A stretch of DNA of 64,000 nt from an uncultured Spirochaetota bacterium (lineage in GTDB: Bacteria; Spirochaetota; Spirochaetia; SZUA-6; Fen-1364): the NCBI GenBank assembly GCA_963734545.1, contig CAVTHO010000007.1, forward strand, positions 544,001 through 608,000, written 5' to 3'. A program made the translations under genes and the position numbers. The notes below the pieces were generated by a model. It ran no database searches, had not been told where the DNA came from, and was given only the letters and a program-made list of their open reading frames with translations. Shown here piece by piece: positions 9,081 through 18,954 of the stretch (position 1 is its first letter; every line of letters starts with the position of its first letter).

Positions 9081-11635
9081 GCACGGCTCATTGACGACGA
9101 GCCTCCCTTGGCGTTCGAGGCAAAGAGAAGCGCCGCGCACACATATACCAGGGCCACTCCCATGAGAACCGCGCTGAAACCCGCGGAGGTGGAGATGATG
9201 CGCGTGAGGACCGAGCCGGTGACGGAAAGCGCGCCGTTCATCCCCCACGCCCATGGCAGGATCGATTTTCTATTCTCGGACAGGACCGCCAGCCCGGTGG
9301 GGAACGGGACTCCCAGGAAGAATCCGAACGGAGCGATGAGGCCGGCCGCCAGCAGCGCCTTGAACGGAAGCGAAAGTCCAAGTGCGGCCTTGAGAATCGA
9401 AGACAGGCCGAACTGGTAGAAAAGAACAAAAGCCACAATGCCGGCGACAGCAGCAGTGACCACCGCTCGTGCATTTCTTCTCAGCTTTCCCGAGGCAAGG
9501 CTGCCGATGCCGGAAGAAATGAGAAGAATTGTGATGACGATGGCATTGGCATACACGGGGTCAGCCAGGAAGAACACGAAACGCTGGATAAGGAATATCT
9601 CCGCCATCATATAGCCGATGCCGAGTGCCCCGTAGTAGGCAATCACGCCCAGCGTCCCCCGCTGGCCCATGAAGAGCTCCCTCCAGCGCGCAACCAGGGG
9701 AAGCATGATGATGAGCAGCCCGAAAATCAGGGATTGCGCAAAAGTGCCCAGGAGCAGCAGGTAGCCCCATTCTTCGGAGATCTCCCCGGCGTGCGAGATG
9801 AAAAGGGGCAGCGTGGCCGGTTTCAAATACCCTGAATAGTAAGGTTTGTCGTCAGTGGCCGGACGGATATCGAACACATATTCAGAAAAAAGCTCCGCTT
9901 GCCTGCCCGCCAGCATCCATTCCAGGGAATAGCGATACAGATCACTGGCTTTCAACTCCGCTTCCGGCGGCTTTCCTGGTTCGTTTGACGCTTCTTCGGA
10001 CTGATAAATCCCGCGATATCCCGCCAGGATCTGCCTGAAGTCCCGTGTTCCCTTCGGCATGCCCGGGTAGTAGTCAGGCGCGAAGGACATCCGGCGGCAA
10101 TATTCTTTCAGCCGGTCGACTTCCGCGGCGCTGAAATCGCCATTTTTTATCAGCACAGTTGCCGTTGAAAGCAGCAGGTTGAAAGCAAGAATCTTCTTCT
10201 CCGGATTCCGGATCCCGCTTCGCCGCATCGCATCAACCACTGTCGAAAGAAGCTTGGGAACGTTCCGCGGCGGGCTCAGCCTGTCCCATACCGTTATCGA
10301 GAGGATTCCCGATGGCGCGAGGCATTTCAGGTATTCCTGGAGCGCCTCGGCCGTGTAGACATAATTCTCTTCCACCGAGTAGCCGCCCGCCTGCGAGAGC
10401 CCGATCGAATCGATGAGCCCGATCTCGACAAGATCGAATCGCTGATCGGTCGAGCCCGCAAAAGACCTCACCTCCGCGTTCACGAGCTTCACCCGCCGGT
10501 CTGCCAGAAAATCCCCCCCGTATTCTCGAAAAAACGGTACGTCTCTCAGCATGTGCACCAGGTCGGGGTTCGATTCGACGACCCAGACCTCTCGTGCGCC
10601 GTGATGAATCGCCGTGTGCACTCCCGCGCCTCCGCCGAGCCTGAGCACGAGAACCCGAGGCTTCGCGAGAATGACATAGGGCGCCGACATCGGAAGGAAG
10701 TCGATGTAGTTTTCCTCATCACTCTTCAACTTCCGCATGACGCCCACCGGCCCATTGCCGTCGACATACATTCCGAGAAATGCATTCTGCGGCATCTTCG
10801 AAAGGGAAACACCGGCATTATCACTGAGACCGGGCGCGAAATGGAAATAGGAGCTGGAAAAGACTCGCGTCTCTCCCAGGGGGCTGAATACATCGTAGAC
10901 GAGCGTCGCATCCGGATACTTGCGGGCGTAGCTCTCACCCTTGAAATCGGAAACATTGAGGCTCCCGAACCTGCCCAGAAGGACAAAGCCGACCGAAGCA
11001 ACCACGACAAACAGCGCGGTCTCGAGGTATTTCATTCTGAACCGGTCCTCCTCCGCGCTCCATCGCAGGCAGCAGAGAAGGGCGGGAAGGATGGCCACGC
11101 CGACAAGGGGATAGATGAGAAAGCCGGGCGGGAAAAGAAACATGAAGCCGAGTATGAGAAGCCCGCCGAGACCTGAGCCGAGCATGTTCCAGAAATAGAG
11201 CTGATGCATCCTGCCCGCCAGCGTGGTGAACATGACGCCAATGAAAATTCCCCCGGCAAAGAATGGGACCCCGTACAGCACGTAGTACACCGCGATCCAC
11301 CAGAGCTGGGAGGGGTCCGTGGCGATCAGCACGGGGTTGAAGGGCACCTGCTGCGCCAGGGCATGGGCGACCGCCATCGATGGGCCCAGGGCGAACGCCG
11401 AGGACGCCAGCCACGTGTCCGGATTGGCGCGGATGCGGTTTCCGAGAAGCGTAAGGAGGGTCCCGGCAAGACCAAAACCCAGCAGGGCGATGCTGATCAC
11501 CATCGAGCCGAAGTTCGACCAGCTTGCCACCGAGAACGCGCGCATCACTTCGATCTCGAAAGCCAGAATGCAGACGGACACGAGGAAGAGCGCCGCCAGT
11601 CTCACGTCGGAGAGCATTGTCCGCCGGAGCATCAT
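9077..11635 (-). CDS. Fused MFS-like membrane protein / spermidine-synthase-like SAM-binding domain
   Basis: About 7 N-terminal TMs, central Rossmann domain (VLVLRLGGGAG..VVESNP, YTAEAL), PATDDKPY motif, about 7 C-terminal TMs ending WAWGMNGALSV. Confidence 0.85.
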   Translation of the reverse strand: MMLRRTMLSDVRLAALFLVSVCILAFEIEVMRAFSVASWSNFGSMVISIALLGFGLAGTLLTLLGNRIRANPDTWLASSAFALGPSMAVAHALAQQVPFNPVLIATDPSQLWWIAVYYVLYGVPFFAGGIFIGVMFTTLAGRMHQLYFWNMLGSGLGGLLILGFMFLFPPGFLIYPLVGVAILPALLCCLRWSAEEDRFRMKYLETALFVVVASVGFVLLGRFGSLNVSDFKGESYARKYPDATLVYDVFSPLGETRVFSSSYFHFAPGLSDNAGVSLSKMPQNAFLGMYVDGNGPVGVMRKLKSDEENYIDFLPMSAPYVILAKPRVLVLRLGGGAGVHTAIHHGAREVWVVESNPDLVHMLRDVPFFREYGGDFLADRRVKLVNAEVRSFAGSTDQRFDLVEIGLIDSIGLSQAGGYSVEENYVYTAEALQEYLKCLAPSGILSITVWDRLSPPRNVPKLLSTVVDAMRRSGIRNPEKKILAFNLLLSTATVLIKNGDFSAAEVDRLKEYCRRMSFAPDYYPGMPKGTRDFRQILAGYRGIYQSEEASNEPGKPPEAELKASDLYRYSLEWMLAGRQAELFSEYVFDIRPATDDKPYYSGYLKPATLPLFISHAGEISEEWGYLLLLGTFAQSLIFGLLIIMLPLVARWRELFMGQRGTLGVIAYYGALGIGYMMAEIFLIQRFVFFLADPVYANAIVITILLISSGIGSLASGKLRRNARAVVTAAVAGIVAFVLFYQFGLSSILKAALGLSLPFKALLAAGLIAPFGFFLGVPFPTGLAVLSENRKSILPWAWGMNGALSVTGSVLTRIISTSAGFSAVLMGVALVYVCAALLFASNAKGGSSSMSRA

Positions 11636-12957
11636 TCGGCAGCCTTGGAGTCCGACGCCCTGTGCAATCCTCCACCCTTGCTCGTAAAGGGGACGAAAAT
11701 CTCCTTGTGCTTCCCCTGGTAGATATCCTCCCTCTCGAGGTCCACGGAGCCGTCCCCATTCACGTGCTTTGTGATGCGAAGGATGGTCTGGCCTGAAGGA
11801 GGACCCACCGGGATGACCATGATGCCCTCGGGCGCGAGCTCACGGAGGAGCTCCGGCGGGACGTGGTCGATGCCGCAGGTGACGATGATCCGGTCGAAAG
11901 GCGCGTGCTCGGGCCAGCCATTGTACCCGTCGTCGATCTTTCTCTTGATGTTGCCGAATTCCGGATACCTGGCCCTGTATCGTTGATAGATGGCATCCGT
12001 CTCTCGCGCCAGCGCCTCCACGATCTCTATGGTGTAGACGTGGTTCGTCAGCTCCGACAGGACGGCGGACTGGTATCCCGAGCCCGTGCCGATCTCCAGC
12101 ACTTTCTGATCCGGCTGCGGGTCGAGATAGTCCGTCATGCGGGATACCATGTGAGGACCCGAAATAGTCTGGCCGTATCCTATGGGAAGCGCCGCGTTCT
12201 CGTAGGCGCGCCGCGCATCGCGGGCGAAGTACTCACGCGGGGCGCGGAGAAACGCCTCGAGGATGCGCTCATGCGTAATATTCCTGGTGCGGAGAAGCAC
12301 CTGCGCTCTTTCCCACTTCGCCAGAAGGTACTTTTCCTTCTGGTCCGTGTGCGTGAGCATCCAGGCAACGAACTCGGCCCGGTCGGTCAGAGGCGGCTTC
12401 TCATTACGGGAGGCCACGTCGAAAATCGGACCCGGCTCGCCGAGCATGATCGGACCGGTCTCCGGTGCGATCTGCGGCCTGGGTTTGGCCGGTGCCGCGA
12501 CAGGCACTGCCTTGGCAGCGTGAACGGGGGCAGCGGCAGGGGCAGGAGCCGCGGCAGGAGTCGAGCTCCGGGCAGGGGAGGGCGCGGCGACAGGCGCCGC
12601 GGCGACCACGGGCGCCGGCGCAGGCGGAGGCACGACGGCCGGAGCGGGCGCGGCCTCAGGGACCGGCGCAGCAGCGGGCGCGGGCTTCGGCTGCGGGGAG
12701 GGGACGGCCGCTGTGATGCGCGGAGCCGGCTGATCGGACTCCGGCGCGCGCCCGCCGATATCGACGATGATGAATACGGCCAGCACGACGAGCAGGCCTG
12801 CCGCCGATGCGATCAGAACGCCGACGGAGCTTCGCCTGCTCGGCGGGGCGGTCGGGACTCTGGCTGCGGGAACTGCCGAGCGCGGCTGATAGCCGCAGAC
12901 TCCGCACGCCTTGCCTGACTCGAGGTCAAACCCGCACTCGGGACATTGCGTGCTCAC
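11632..12957 (-). CDS. pcm: Protein-L-isoaspartate O-methyltransferase with N-terminal zinc ribbon, TM helix and Pro/Ala linker
   Basis: PIMT motifs ALPIGYGQTISGP, VLEIGTGSGYQ, APFDRIIVT, MVIPVG, IFVPF. Start chosen at GTG 12957 behind AGGAGGGGAG; the ORF track gives 12984. Confidence 0.88.
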   Translation of the reverse strand: MSTQCPECGFDLESGKACGVCGYQPRSAVPAARVPTAPPSRRSSVGVLIASAAGLLVVLAVFIIVDIGGRAPESDQPAPRITAAVPSPQPKPAPAAAPVPEAAPAPAVVPPPAPAPVVAAAPVAAPSPARSSTPAAAPAPAAAPVHAAKAVPVAAPAKPRPQIAPETGPIMLGEPGPIFDVASRNEKPPLTDRAEFVAWMLTHTDQKEKYLLAKWERAQVLLRTRNITHERILEAFLRAPREYFARDARRAYENAALPIGYGQTISGPHMVSRMTDYLDPQPDQKVLEIGTGSGYQSAVLSELTNHVYTIEIVEALARETDAIYQRYRARYPEFGNIKRKIDDGYNGWPEHAPFDRIIVTCGIDHVPPELLRELAPEGIMVIPVGPPSGQTILRITKHVNGDGSVDLEREDIYQGKHKEIFVPFTSKGGGLHRASDSKAAE

Positions 12958-13155
12958 GAGCTGAACTCCCCTCCTGAGAGACATTGAGAATACATTAGAA
13001 TATCGACTTGTTGCATTGTCAAATTGAGGCGCGAGGCTTGATTAAAGCCCGGGATTGGGCTAAGCAGTACGATCCGCGTAAACCGACTCGGCATGCGCGG
13101 CGGCACGCCGCGCAAGGTGATTGGAGCGGCGCTCTGCACTCAGGAAAGGTGATAC

Positions 13156-14340
13156 ATGGCACAGGAAATGACCAGGCTCGCTGTGGAAGGCAGGGAAATC
13201 GTGCTTCTCGGAACGGCACACGTTTCCCGGGAAAGTGTCGAGGAGGTGCGCAGGGTCATCAACGAAGAAAAGCCGGATCGCGTCTGCGTGGAGCTGGATG
13301 AGGGACGGCACGCGTCCATGAGCCAGGGCACCAGCTGGCAGAACCTCAACGTCGGCAAGGTCATACGGGAGGGAAAGGGGTTCCTTCTCATGGCAAACCT
13401 CGTGCTGGCCTCGTTCCAGCGCAGGCTGGGGAAGGACCTCGGCGTGAAGCCCGGTGAAGAAATGCTCGCCGCGATCCAGGTCTCCCAGGAACTTGGCATC
13501 CCTTATTCCCTGTGCGATCGCAACATTCAGGTGACACTGCGCAGGGCATGGGGACGGACGCGCCTCTGGGGAAAGGTGAAAATGCTCTCCGCCATGCTCG
13601 CATCGGTGTTCACCAACGAAAAGCTCAAGCCGGAGGACATCGAGAAGCTCAAACAGAAGGACGTGCTGCAGAGCATGATGGAGGAGCTGGCCGATTACCT
13701 GCCGGCAGCCAAAGCCGTGCTGATAGACGAGCGCGATATCTATCTCGCGACGAGGATCTACCAGGCGGAAGGGAGCAAGGTAGTTGCGGTGGTCGGCGCG
13801 GGGCACATAGGCGGTATTGCGTCGCATATAATGGCGCTCGCGGAGAAAAGGGAGACCGTCGATCTCGGGCCCCTCGACCAGCTGCCCGACAAGGGATGGG
13901 CAGGCCGCGTGCTTCCGTGGATGATCCCCGCTGTCATCGTTGTGCTTTTCGGGCTCGGATTCCTCAAGGCGGGATGGCAGATGAGCCTGGAGATGTTCTG
14001 GCGCTGGCTCCTGCTGCATGGGGGGCTTGCCGCGCTGGGGTCTCTGCTCGCCTTCGCCCATCCGCTGACCATCGTCATAGCCTTTGTGGGCGCGCCCATC
14101 GGGACCCTGAATCCGTTCGGCAAGATAGGCCTCTTCACGGGCGTAGCCGAGGCATTCCTCAGAAAGCCCCGGGTGAGGGACGTGGAAAATCTCTCGGAGG
14201 ACCTGACGAGCTTCAAAGGGTTCTACACGAACCGGGTAACGCATATTCTCATTGTTTTCTTTCTTTCCACCCTCGGCGCCGCGATCGGCAACATCATTGC
14301 CATCGGCTGGCTCGCCGCGCTGTTGAAGGGCGGCACCTGA
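13156..14340 (+). CDS. TraB/PrgY/GumN (Tiki-like) family membrane protein
   Basis: LLGTAHVS, VCVELD, LIDERDIY and VVGAGH motifs, plus C-terminal TMs. Confidence 0.9.
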   Translation: MAQEMTRLAVEGREIVLLGTAHVSRESVEEVRRVINEEKPDRVCVELDEGRHASMSQGTSWQNLNVGKVIREGKGFLLMANLVLASFQRRLGKDLGVKPGEEMLAAIQVSQELGIPYSLCDRNIQVTLRRAWGRTRLWGKVKMLSAMLASVFTNEKLKPEDIEKLKQKDVLQSMMEELADYLPAAKAVLIDERDIYLATRIYQAEGSKVVAVVGAGHIGGIASHIMALAEKRETVDLGPLDQLPDKGWAGRVLPWMIPAVIVVLFGLGFLKAGWQMSLEMFWRWLLLHGGLAALGSLLAFAHPLTIVIAFVGAPIGTLNPFGKIGLFTGVAEAFLRKPRVRDVENLSEDLTSFKGFYTNRVTHILIVFFLSTLGAAIGNIIAIGWLAALLKGGT

Positions 14341-14341
14341 A

Positions 14342-14851
14342 TCAGCCTATCCTGTACCGGTAGATATTGCCCTGGGTGCGCTCCGGACTCAGGCCGGGGA
14401 ACCGCCAATAGTGCGAGACCACGCGGGCGCCCGGCGCGAGCTCCCTGCTGAGCTTCGCCTCCAGGCGCGCCATGACAAACCCCACCTGGAAGACGGTGAT
14501 GAGCTGGTAGCGGGAAAGGTCTTTTCTCCAGAAGCTTCCCCAGTGGATGAAGGCCCGGTCTGCAAGCCCTGCTTTCCGGATGTTGCGCCGCGAGATGAAC
14601 ACGAGTACCGGGTTGACTTCGTAGCCATGGGCTTCCGCGCCCTTGAGCGCAAGCGCGATGACGATGCGTCCGTCTCCTGACCCGAGGTCGGCGGCTTTTT
14701 CTCCCCTCCGCACATCGGCGAGTTCGGCCATCACGCGCGTTTCGTTCGGGCTGCTCGGGTCATAGATGGCACCGCGCCCCAGCGGGAAAAAGACGAAAAA
14801 AAAGAGGTAGACCACTGCGCCCGCGATTGCGACTGTCAGGATTGCTGCCAT
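14342..14851 (-). CDS. Membrane-anchored class I SAM-dependent methyltransferase
   Basis: N-terminal hydrophobic helix; ADLGSGDGRIV, GYEVNP, ARVVSH. Confidence 0.88.
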   Translation of the reverse strand: MAAILTVAIAGAVVYLFFFVFFPLGRGAIYDPSSPNETRVMAELADVRRGEKAADLGSGDGRIVIALALKGAEAHGYEVNPVLVFISRRNIRKAGLADRAFIHWGSFWRKDLSRYQLITVFQVGFVMARLEAKLSRELAPGARVVSHYWRFPGLSPERTQGNIYRYRIG

Positions 14852-14985
14852 TGCGGATTCAGGGTATCAGCGAATGGCCGATCGGAAAAGCCCCTGATGG
14901 CATTCCCATGCAGCAACGGCTTGATGGCGGATTTTCAGCATGATAACCTTGACTCGATTTCCAAACGCTTGAATCAGGAGTGGTC

Positions 14986-15900
14986 ATGCTTCGCAAGATC
15001 AGACGGAAAATCGGAGCAAGACTCCGGAGTGTAGTGGCATATGCGCTGCGAGACGCGATGGGGAACAGAGCGTCGGCGAATCGTTTCGTTTCATCTGAAA
15101 TTCAGTGTATGCTGAAAAACCAATACCGGTTGCTGAAGAAACTCGAAAAACCCGACGCAATGCCCAGCCTGAATGATGTCGGGTTCAGCGCGTATTCTCA
15201 GTTCGAAGAAGACGGCATCCTGTTGTACATTTTCTCGATTGTCGGGACGGCGAACAAGAAGGTCGTCGAAATCTGTGCCGGAGATGGAATCGAGTGCATG
15301 TCCGCCAACCTTATACTCAATCATGGCTGGCAGGCTCTCCTGATGGATGGCAACGCTGGATTGGTCGATCGAGGAAGACAGTTTTACGCAAAGCACCCGC
15401 TGACCTATCTTTCCCCCCCTGTTTTCAAACACACGTGGATTACCGCTGAAAACGTGAATGTGCTTGTCACGGAGAGCGGCTTCTCCGGCCAAATCGACCT
15501 GTTGAGCTTCGATGTCGACGGGAATGACTACTGGATACTCAAGGCCCTAAATGCCGTCGAGCCTCGCGTTATCATCTGTGAAACACATGGCATTGTCCCG
15601 CCCGATCTCGCGCTGACGATGCCGTACACGCCCGATTTCGATCTTTCGAAGCAGCCGGCTGGTCAACGCGAGTTTCACAGCGCATCTCTGCTGGCAATGA
15701 AAAAGCTTTGTGCCGAAAAGGGCTACAGATTCATCGGGACCAACGCGTTGGGCTTTAATGCGATATTCATGCGAAACGACATCGGGCAGGACTATTTTCC
15801 GGAAATCAGCGCCCCGTCCGTGCATGAGGCTTCGTCCCTTCATGAGGACCGGAAGAAGAGATGGTCAACCGTGAAAGACTTGCCCTGGGTAAAAATATGA
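14986..15900 (+). CDS. FkbM-like methyltransferase-fold protein, lower GC than flanks
   Basis: YSQFEEDGIL, VEICAGDG and DLLSFDVDGNDYW motifs; AGGAG RBS before ATG 14986. Confidence 0.65.
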   Translation: MLRKIRRKIGARLRSVVAYALRDAMGNRASANRFVSSEIQCMLKNQYRLLKKLEKPDAMPSLNDVGFSAYSQFEEDGILLYIFSIVGTANKKVVEICAGDGIECMSANLILNHGWQALLMDGNAGLVDRGRQFYAKHPLTYLSPPVFKHTWITAENVNVLVTESGFSGQIDLLSFDVDGNDYWILKALNAVEPRVIICETHGIVPPDLALTMPYTPDFDLSKQPAGQREFHSASLLAMKKLCAEKGYRFIGTNALGFNAIFMRNDIGQDYFPEISAPSVHEASSLHEDRKKRWSTVKDLPWVKI

Positions 15901-15977
15901 CCGATTCTCTTGAGCGTCGATCAGCAAAAGTGTTCATGCCCGCCCGCCCGATCTCGAACGAGTGACAACGATCCAAA

Positions 15978-16006
15978 TTGACCCTTGGACCCCCAGCGAT
16001 TATCTT
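15978..16006 (+). promoter_or_regulatory. Sigma70-type promoter for the plzA-like gene
   Basis: TTGACC-17 nt-TATCTT; ATG 16015 follows 8 nt later with no Shine-Dalgarno. Confidence 0.55.
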
Positions 16007-16014
16007 CGTCCGTA

Positions 16015-16821
16015 ATGCCAGAACTGACTGCCCCGCAGCTTGCCCGGCTGTACGACACTTTTCGCGACAGGGAAGTGACGTTCAATGCCCAGGTGATCGC
16101 CGCGAGCGGCCTCATGCCCGCGGACATCTACCTCAAGGTTGCCGACCAGCGCCTGCCCTGCGTGCTCTACGCCTGCTCGCTCCGCGGCGCGCGGGTCATC
16201 GCGGACCTTGGGGACGCGGCACTTGCTCCGCACCTGCGAACGAACAGCGTGCTTCCCCTTCGTCTGGCATTTCGTCCTCCCGGAGAGCCGGCGCCGCTCG
16301 CTTTTTTCGTCTCGAGCCGCGTGGAAAGCCTGTCGGATTACAATCCGCAGAAGCCGCAGGTGCAGTTTGTGGCGCTCGAGTTTCTCCAGCGCCCCTCGGA
16401 CACGCTCATCGCCATCCTCGGTTCGCTGCTGGAGGTGAACACAAACTCGGTCCGTCGAAAGGATGAGCGGATCGTGATCACACCGGAGACCATGCGGATG
16501 ATCGGGCTGGATTCGAAAGAAAGCTGCGTGGCCATCGAAGGGGCCCCCCGTCGATGCATCGTGCGCGACCTCTCATTCGGCGGAGCCAAGATCCTTGTCA
16601 CGGGAGTGCAGGGGCCGCGGGAAGAGAAGAAAGTCCTTCTCAAGCTGGCGCGATGCGAGTCGAACGATGACATGGTGCTGGATGGCAGTATCGTGCGCGT
16701 GGAAGAAGTCGAAGGGAGCAAGGACGTTCTGGCGCTCAGCATCCGGTTTTCCTCCGACCCGCCCATAGGTTACAAGCAGAGAATAAACGGCTACTTCGCC
16801 GCGCAGGGCAAAGCGCGCTGA
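16015..16821 (+). CDS. plzA: PilZ-domain c-di-GMP receptor, spirochaetal PlzA type
   Basis: RRKDER (RxxxR) and DLSFGG (DxSxxG) motifs follow an N-terminal domain of about 140 aa. Confidence 0.82.
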   Translation: MPELTAPQLARLYDTFRDREVTFNAQVIAASGLMPADIYLKVADQRLPCVLYACSLRGARVIADLGDAALAPHLRTNSVLPLRLAFRPPGEPAPLAFFVSSRVESLSDYNPQKPQVQFVALEFLQRPSDTLIAILGSLLEVNTNSVRRKDERIVITPETMRMIGLDSKESCVAIEGAPRRCIVRDLSFGGAKILVTGVQGPREEKKVLLKLARCESNDDMVLDGSIVRVEEVEGSKDVLALSIRFSSDPPIGYKQRINGYFAAQGKAR

Positions 16822-16849
16822 AACCCGAACGAGACGCAGGCCCCGGCAA

Positions 16850-18094
16850 ATGAGTGAATCGCCCTCCCCGGATACCCCTCGGCAGGCAGAAAAGACCTGG
16901 GCCCAGGAGACCGTTTTTCCCATTCTTCTTGCCATCAGCGTGTCTCACCTGCTGAACGACACGCTCCAGTCGCTCATACCGGCTCTCTATCCCATCGTGA
17001 AGGACTCTTTCCGGCTCACTTTTGCACAGATCGGCATGGTCACATTTACCTTCCAGGTCACCGCATCACTCCTGCAGCCGATTGTGGGTGCCGTAACTGA
17101 CCGCAGGCCACAGCCCTTTTCCCTGGTGGTGGGCATGAGCTTTACCCTGCTCGGCCTGGCCTTGTTGTCCATTGCAGGCACCTTCGGGGTGCTCCTTCTG
17201 TCGGTGGGGATGGTGGGCGTCGGCTCGTCCATATTCCACCCGGAATCTTCCCGTATTGCCCACATGGCGGCTGGCGCGCGCCGGGGGTTTGCTCAGTCAT
17301 TTTTCCAGGTAGGCGGGAATGCCGGGTCATCGCTGGGCGCGCTCCTCGCTGCCCTGGTGATTGCCGAAAGGGGCAGATCCAGGATTCTGTGGTTCACCCT
17401 TCTTGCCGCGGCCGGCATCGTCGTGCTCGCGCAGGTAGGCCGCTGGTACAAGGGGCAGCGATCGCGCGCCCAGACGAGCCAGGGAGTGAGGGCGGCCGTC
17501 GTGCGACCGCCCGTTGCGGGACGAAGGGTGATCTATTCGGTGGGCATACTCCTCATTCTGATATTCTCCAAGTACTTCTACCTCGCAGGCATGAGCAGCT
17601 ACTACACGTTTTATCTCATTGCGAAGTTCAGGCTTTCAATACAAGATGCCCAGCTCCACCTCTTCCTCTTCCAGTTTGCGGTGGCTGCCGGCACCCTGAT
17701 TGGAGGCCCCGTGGGAGACAGGATAGGCCGAAAATATGTCATCTGGATCTCGATCCTCGGGGCAGCACCGTTCACCCTGCTGCTTCCTCACGCGGGCCTG
17801 CTCGGCACCACGCTCCTTTCGGTCTGTATCGGCGTGATCCTGTCCTCCGCTTTCTCCGCCATCCTCGTTTACGCGCAGGAGCTGATTCCCGGCAAGGTGG
17901 GTCTCATTTCCGGCCTGTTTTTCGGCTTCGCATTCGGCATGGGAGGCCTCGGCTCGGCAGCGCTCGGTAAGCTTGCCGACCACACCAGCATCGAATATGT
18001 CTACCGGCTCTGCGCATTCCTGCCTCTTTTCGGGCTGTTTGCAGCTTTTCTGCCGCGCATCAAGAAAAAGAGCGGCGCTGTTCAATCGGCGTGA
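16850..18094 (+). CDS. fsr: MFS transporter, fosmidomycin resistance (Fsr) family
   Basis: SHLLNDTLQSLI, SSIFHPESSR, FSKYFY, GGPVGDRIGRK, LVYAQELIPG; multi-TM. Confidence 0.9.
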   Translation: MSESPSPDTPRQAEKTWAQETVFPILLAISVSHLLNDTLQSLIPALYPIVKDSFRLTFAQIGMVTFTFQVTASLLQPIVGAVTDRRPQPFSLVVGMSFTLLGLALLSIAGTFGVLLLSVGMVGVGSSIFHPESSRIAHMAAGARRGFAQSFFQVGGNAGSSLGALLAALVIAERGRSRILWFTLLAAAGIVVLAQVGRWYKGQRSRAQTSQGVRAAVVRPPVAGRRVIYSVGILLILIFSKYFYLAGMSSYYTFYLIAKFRLSIQDAQLHLFLFQFAVAAGTLIGGPVGDRIGRKYVIWISILGAAPFTLLLPHAGLLGTTLLSVCIGVILSSAFSAILVYAQELIPGKVGLISGLFFGFAFGMGGLGSAALGKLADHTSIEYVYRLCAFLPLFGLFAAFLPRIKKKSGAVQSA

Positions 18095-18207
18095 GTGGCA
18101 GGAGGAAACCCGTCTTGACTTGCCCATGACATGGAATAGACTTCCGGAATTGTCTTAAGCGCAGAGAGGACGCGGCGCGTCCAAGCCGAATTCTGGAGGA
18201 GGTCTGT

Positions 18208-18906
18208 ATGCCGATCACCAAGAGAGCGGGAGCTGAGTTCCTCGGAACCTTCTGGCTGGTTTTTGGAGGCTGCGGCAGCGCGGTGCTGGCCGCCACATTC
18301 CCCGCGGTCGGGATCGGGTTGCTGGGGGTTGCGCTTGCCTTCGGGCTCACCGTGCTCACGATGGCGTTTGCCATCGGCCACATCTCGGGGTGTCATCTCA
18401 ATCCTGCGGTGACCCTGGGTTTGTGGGCCTGCAGGCGAATCCCGGGGAAGGACGTGGTCCCCTATATCATCGCCCAGGTGCTCGGGGGGATCGCGGCTGC
18501 CGCTGTGCTCTGGTTGATCGCAAGCGGAAGGGCGGGATTCAGTCTCTCGAGCGGCCTGGCAGCCAACGGCTACGGGGCGCATTCTCCCGGTAACTACTCG
18601 CTTCTGTCAGGCCTGGTCGCTGAGATCGTCATGACTTTCATGTTCCTGATGGTGATACTCGGCTCGACGGACGCGCGAGCTCCGAAAGGCCTTGCCCCAA
18701 TCGCGATCGGCCTCTGCCTGACCTTGATCCATCTCGTCATCATACCTGTGACCAATACGTCAGTGAATCCTGCGCGCTCGACCGGTCCCGCCGTCTTCGT
18801 CGGAGGCTGGGCCCTGGAGCAGTTGTGGCTGTTCTGGGTCGCTCCCATTGCGGGAGCCATCGCGGCAGGATTTGTCTATCGCAGTTTCGCCGAGAAGAAG
18901 AAGTAG
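18208..18906 (+). CDS. aqpZ: Aquaporin Z
   Basis: [17 protein letters not shown]; two NPA motifs (HLNPAV, SVNPARS); GGAGG RBS. Confidence 0.96.
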   Translation: MPITKRAGAEFLGTFWLVFGGCGSAVLAATFPAVGIGLLGVALAFGLTVLTMAFAIGHISGCHLNPAVTLGLWACRRIPGKDVVPYIIAQVLGGIAAAAVLWLIASGRAGFSLSSGLAANGYGAHSPGNYSLLSGLVAEIVMTFMFLMVILGSTDARAPKGLAPIAIGLCLTLIHLVIIPVTNTSVNPARSTGPAVFVGGWALEQLWLFWVAPIAGAIAAGFVYRSFAEKKK

Positions 18907-18926
18907 GTCCCGAGTACGTCACTAGC

Positions 18927-18954
18927 GCCGCGGGAGCTCAACGCCTCCCGCGGC
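18927..18954 (+). terminator. GC-rich hairpin after aqpZ (no U-tract)
   Basis: GCCGCGGGAG-8 nt-CTCCCGCGGC perfect 10-bp stem, 20 nt after the stop codon. Confidence 0.4.

Noticed and set aside
12470-12730. Repetitive GC-rich tract (similar tracts in nusA and infB, 47100-48050)
   Set aside because: It encodes Pro/Ala low-complexity linkers and has no fixed repeat-spacer period, so it is not CRISPR or a tandem array.
13060-13155. Possible known riboswitch ahead of traB
   Set aside because: I could not recognise a SAM, c-di-GMP or other aptamer consensus; only a hairpin is supported.
18124-18134. Palindrome CCATGACATGG in the putative aqpZ promoter spacer
   Set aside because: It has only 5-bp arms, I noticed it only here, and no regulator is nearby; it could be chance.
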